Virus record (IMG/VR): IMGVR_UViG_3300021479_000014
Location: 16,610 to 80,609 of that record
From: a virus
DNA: 64,000 bases
Direction: 5' to 3' (one strand)
In this document: in pieces, positions 60,397 through 64,000 of the stretch
How positions within the stretch are numbered: position 1 is the first letter of the stretch
Layout: the number at the start of each line of letters is the position of its first letter
Notes under the pieces: generated by a model
The model's input: the letters and a program-made list of their open reading frames with translations, nothing else
Database searches by the model: none
What the model was told of the DNA's origin: nothing
Translations under genes and position numbers: made by a program

Positions 60397-61826
60397 ATCG
60401 AATTTACTATCACATTATTGGTAGTTGTATAAAAATAACTAAATGGATCTCCTGGTATAATTCCTGTATCAGGTGTTGGAGGTTGTCCTACTCCATCAAA
60501 AGCAACCTCAAAATTAAGAACAGTCACATTTTCAGATGCAAGAATATTCTTAATTGAATCAAGAAATACAGCAGTCATATCATAAATATTTAAAGGTGAT
60601 ATACCAACAAAAAGACTGTTTATGTAATTTACCAATGCTGGAGTTGCAGCTTGAGCTATAGCTTGTGGAGACACATAATTTGGAGAATTAGTATCCCATA
60701 ATACAACCATAGTTACAAGTTGCTGCGGTGGAAGAATAAATGGAATAAGATAACTATCAGGATAACTATTAAGTGTAACTTCTTGAAGAATAGGATTGGG
60801 ACTTACAATTCCACCTCCGTTGTTATATGGAAATAACAATGTGCCATCAACAGGAATACTAAAACTATCATCATCAATTATAGTAACTGGATATTTATTG
60901 CCATTTAATATTGACATATTACCAGAGATATTATATAACGTCTCTGTCATTCCTGTTAAAAGATTATGATTATATGCTGTTTCAATAACGACTGGATTAG
61001 TATTTGAGATATTGACTATTTCGATATTTGGACGATCAAGACTAACAAGATCGCCAAGAGCATAATAAATTGCCCAAGCGACTTGATAAGGATCACCACC
61101 TCCAACAAGTATTGTCCATTTGCAAGTATTCAGATTTTGACGAACAGAAACCAACCGTTGCACAACACCTGGAATGTTCCAAAGCAATGTCTTGAGATAA
61201 CGATCCGTACCTGTTGATGAAGCAAGACCTGCTGTCAACGTTCTAGTTCTAAATGATTGTATAGTTTCTGTTGATAAAGAAGGAATACCATCAGAAGGAT
61301 TTGTAACTGACAAACTAATATCTAATGGAACAGATGTACCAAAACTTGTTACAGTTCCAGCTGGAACAGGCCAAGTGCCAGCTTGCGTAGCTACAGCATG
61401 AATAGGAAGTGAATCACCGTATGAACCAACAACACCACCATCTGTGCAAATATATTGATAACTACCGTCAGTAACAGTAAAGCCAGGAATAATAATGAAT
61501 CCAGGTGTACCACTAAATATAAGATCAACAGAAGTATTGTTAGCCGCACCAGGCTGTATACCATATATATCAATTCCAAGTTGATATAATATAAAAGCAT
61601 TGGCACCATAAGGCGTTACAGAATTTATTAAATCAACCATAAATTGATTTGAAATAACAATAGCAGCAACACATGTGGAAGCCACATCTTCTATAAGTGT
61701 TGCTGGAAGATTGGCTGTATAATCTGGATTGGTAGATGCTACCTTAGCAACCAATCGCTGACGCAATTGTGCAGGTGGCGTAGGCAGCAAACCTTGTGGA
61801 CCCATAATTAAAGGAAGTACAGCCAT
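60393..61826 (-). CDS. Baseplate J-like protein
   Basis: YTANLP..LIED.AST, F.GTPGF.I..GFTV.DG.YQY, ET...FR.R, GGGDPYQVA.AI. Confidence 0.8.
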   Translation of the reverse strand: MAVLPLIMGPQGLLPTPPAQLRQRLVAKVASTNPDYTANLPATLIEDVASTCVAAIVISNQFMVDLINSVTPYGANAFILYQLGIDIYGIQPGAANNTSVDLIFSGTPGFIIIPGFTVTDGSYQYICTDGGVVGSYGDSLPIHAVATQAGTWPVPAGTVTSFGTSVPLDISLSVTNPSDGIPSLSTETIQSFRTRTLTAGLASSTGTDRYLKTLLWNIPGVVQRLVSVRQNLNTCKWTILVGGGDPYQVAWAIYYALGDLVSLDRPNIEIVNISNTNPVVIETAYNHNLLTGMTETLYNISGNMSILNGNKYPVTIIDDDSFSIPVDGTLLFPYNNGGGIVSPNPILQEVTLNSYPDSYLIPFILPPQQLVTMVVLWDTNSPNYVSPQAIAQAATPALVNYINSLFVGISPLNIYDMTAVFLDSIKNILASENVTVLNFEVAFDGVGQPPTPDTGIIPGDPFSYFYTTTNNVIVNSI

Positions 61827-62200
61827 TAGTAAGGTATCACATCAGTTAGAACTGCACCATACTGCGTAATCACGACAAATTGATAAGCAGGTGCAGGACG
61901 CCCATCTTCATCACGACGATTTGGCAAATTTGTTAAAGTTAATGACATAAAATACTTTGCAAATCTTTGTTGTATCAAATTTATATTATAATCAGGAGCA
62001 ATCTGTGTCATGACAGAAGCATGTGCAGGAATACCCCAATCTGCAAAGAATGGACTTTCATGTAAATTCAGCTTAATAACTTGAATCATATTTGTTAAAT
62101 ACACCATATCATTAAAGCCATTGGGATCTGTTTCTACAACTACCCATTTCTTTTTATATGGATAAAGTATATCAGGTACGATGCGCCCATAAACCCGCAT
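61826..62200 (-). CDS. Baseplate W/gp46-like protein
   Basis: MRVYGR...W..VETD..G....VYLT...Q..KL...ESPFFA.WGIPA; lies between the spike and J genes. Confidence 0.65.
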   Translation of the reverse strand: MRVYGRIVPDILYPYKKKWVVVETDPNGFNDMVYLTNMIQVIKLNLHESPFFADWGIPAHASVMTQIAPDYNINLIQQRFAKYFMSLTLTNLPNRRDEDGRPAPAYQFVVITQYGAVLTDVIPY

Positions 62201-63516
62201 TATGACCTCTGCGCCCAAATATTACCCATTACAGTACAAGCTCCAGTAAATTTTGCTTGAGCAATTAAATAATAATAAGTATCAGCAATTATGTTGACAT
62301 AGCAAGATCGTAATGGTAAAATTTGCAAGTCACTTGCCGGAGTAGCTGATGGAAACCAAAGCTGATTTCTAGCTACTCCAATATCTGGAATATTAGGAAG
62401 TGTCACTGTAGTATTAATAGCAGCTGACATATCTGTTAATCCAGCTACTGGTTTAAACCAGACTTCTCCATTAATAGTCCAAATACCAGGAGTTAACCAA
62501 ATACCAGTAAAACCTGCTGGTATATCACTAGTAATATCAACTCCAGTTGTGATATTACTGTAAATTATTTCTCCAGTTGCTCCTACTCCTGGAAAACCAC
62601 CTCCTGGTGCGCCGCCAAATCCACCTCCAGCACTAATCATTCCACCTGCGCTAATGTTACCACTAGCCGTAAGACTTCCAATAATATTAAATAATGTTTG
62701 GGCAGTAGGTTTTGGGACATTAGGAAGTGAAGGTAAAGGAAGAGGAAATGTAAGATCAGATTGTTCTGGTGTTTCTAATGTGGATATTTCTGTTTCAAGA
62801 CCTCCTGCTGCACCAACTGTAAAATGTGACGCTACTAAATTGAACATACCACTTCCGCTAATAGCGTGAGTTATTTCATTTTGTGCAAGCTGCTGTATAC
62901 TTTGAGCATTGTGAGATATAATACCAGAAAGAGCAGTATGAAGAATATTGCTACCAGCAGTATGAGATATAAGACCTTCAAGAGCTTGATGAATAATATT
63001 GCTATTAGCTACATGATTTATAGCTGCGGAAGAATTATGTATTATATTATTGAGAAAATCTAAAAGATGGAACGTTGATTTATCTTGTGTTTGAGTTTTA
63101 TGTCCTGATGGTCCTCCTGTAACTAAAAACTGGTTAGGATCGCGTTGATCAAATTTCTTATTGCTAATAGGATGAAATACATGCGTTGCTAAATTGCCTC
63201 TTGAATACATGTTAGCGGTTCCACCGCTAACTCCATCTGTAGATGATATGGAAAAATCGCTTGGGACAGCGTATCCTTTATCACCAACTTGCGTAGGTTC
63301 ACGAGTATACTTAGAAAATGCTTGAGGAATAACAATTTTAGGTAAAGTAAATGGGCCAGTAGCATCAAAAGTAAACTCTAACATATCATTTTCTAAGATT
63401 TGCGATACATGTCCTTGAAATGTTTTAGGCTGATTTTGTTGATTATCAGCCGCTTTAGTACGCGTGAAATTATGCAGTTTATTAATAAATGAAACCTTCT
63501 GTGAGGTATCGTTCAC
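62200..63516 (-). CDS. Baseplate spike (gp45/gp138-like) with a C-terminal extension
   Basis: LP.I.IP...S.Y.R.PTQVGDKG...GG.A.....NL...VF.PI; beta-helix-like I.H.A repeats. Confidence 0.7.
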   Translation of the reverse strand: MNDTSQKVSFINKLHNFTRTKAADNQQNQPKTFQGHVSQILENDMLEFTFDATGPFTLPKIVIPQAFSKYTREPTQVGDKGYAVPSDFSISSTDGVSGGTANMYSRGNLATHVFHPISNKKFDQRDPNQFLVTGGPSGHKTQTQDKSTFHLLDFLNNIIHNSSAAINHVANSNIIHQALEGLISHTAGSNILHTALSGIISHNAQSIQQLAQNEITHAISGSGMFNLVASHFTVGAAGGLETEISTLETPEQSDLTFPLPLPSLPNVPKPTAQTLFNIIGSLTASGNISAGGMISAGGGFGGAPGGGFPGVGATGEIIYSNITTGVDITSDIPAGFTGIWLTPGIWTINGEVWFKPVAGLTDMSAAINTTVTLPNIPDIGVARNQLWFPSATPASDLQILPLRSCYVNIIADTYYYLIAQAKFTGACTVMGNIWAQRS

Positions 63517-64000
63517 GGAGATACCTCAAATTGTCGATTTCTAAATATCAATGTTGAATTAAAATAGCTCTTTGTCATACTTATTAAATATTGCACCACA
63601 CCAGCTTGATACATGGCACCAGGATTTTGATCCATAGGATAAGCAAACGTATTAACTCCAGTAATTAATGCCATTCCACTTCCATTATATGTACTAGGAA
63701 GAGCTTGAATAATGCTAACATTAACTATTTTTCCAAATTGAAAATTATGTGGCGCAGCTAATGTAGCATTGACTACTTTGTTATTTTCATCCCAAACTAG
63801 TGATAGTATCTCAGCGCCTATAAGAGTTTCTACCAAAGGTACCATAAAAATTAAATTATTATTAAATGATGTACATTTGACATAATATCGTTGGGCAGCT
63901 ACATTCCATAAAACTGTAATAGTATAGGTTTCTCCATCAAATATAGGCGTAAAAGATGGTGCTCTAACGTTTGAAGGAACAAATGGATAATAAGAAATAA
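63513..64000 (-). CDS. Baseplate component, 5'-truncated by the window edge
   Basis: The frame is open from the right edge: ISYYPFVPSNVRAPSFTPIFDGETYTITVLWNVAAQRYY...MVPLVET. The track ORF 63513-63845 is its C-terminal part. Confidence 0.6.
   Translation of the reverse strand, partial: ISYYPFVPSNVRAPSFTPIFDGETYTITVLWNVAAQRYYVKCTSFNNNLIFMVPLVETLIGAEILSLVWDENNKVVNATLAAPHNFQFGKIVNVSIIQALPSTYNGSGMALITGVNTFAYPMDQNPGAMYQAGVVQYLISMTKSYFNSTLIFRNRQFEVSP

Noticed and set aside
1-64000. tRNA genes, integrase, att sites
   Set aside because: None recognised by eye. A tRNAscan/ARAGORN run and the missing part of the genome are needed to exclude them.

Overview
A 64-kb slice of a tailed dsDNA phage with a contractile-type baseplate, most likely infecting an alphaproteobacterium. 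Host clues are the PEPxxWA-CTERM protein, GTTC-N7-GTTC LexA boxes and a LuxR-type HTH. The late/structural operon is on the minus strand. It starts near 5.4 kb (terminase large subunit, portal), runs off the left edge, and apparently re-enters from the right edge as baseplate, tail-fibre and lysis genes (64 to 49 kb). The middle holds a NusG paralogue, many small early ORFs and split primase/helicase genes. It also holds a replication and nucleotide module: ligase, SSB-like protein, DUF5664, SDR, FAD oxidoreductase, ThyX, HAD phosphatase, two glycosyltransferase-like proteins, a methyltransferase, DnaQ, DnaE and an SNF2 helicase. This gene set recalls PB1/BcepF1-like phages. Highlights: (1) three type II hammerhead ribozymes, each between a stop codon and the next Shine-Dalgarno in the early operon, plus a second repeated two-hairpin leader, a ~600-nt structured RNA and a ~165-nt rod-like RNA; (2) a candidate DNA glyco-hypermodification cluster with an atypical ThyX; (3) a shared C-terminal DLF (beta-clamp-like) motif on six to seven proteins, including one glycosyltransferase-like protein; (4) apparent GCGC enrichment. 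No tRNA, CRISPR array or integrase was recognised. All calls come from reading motifs by eye; no database searches were run.
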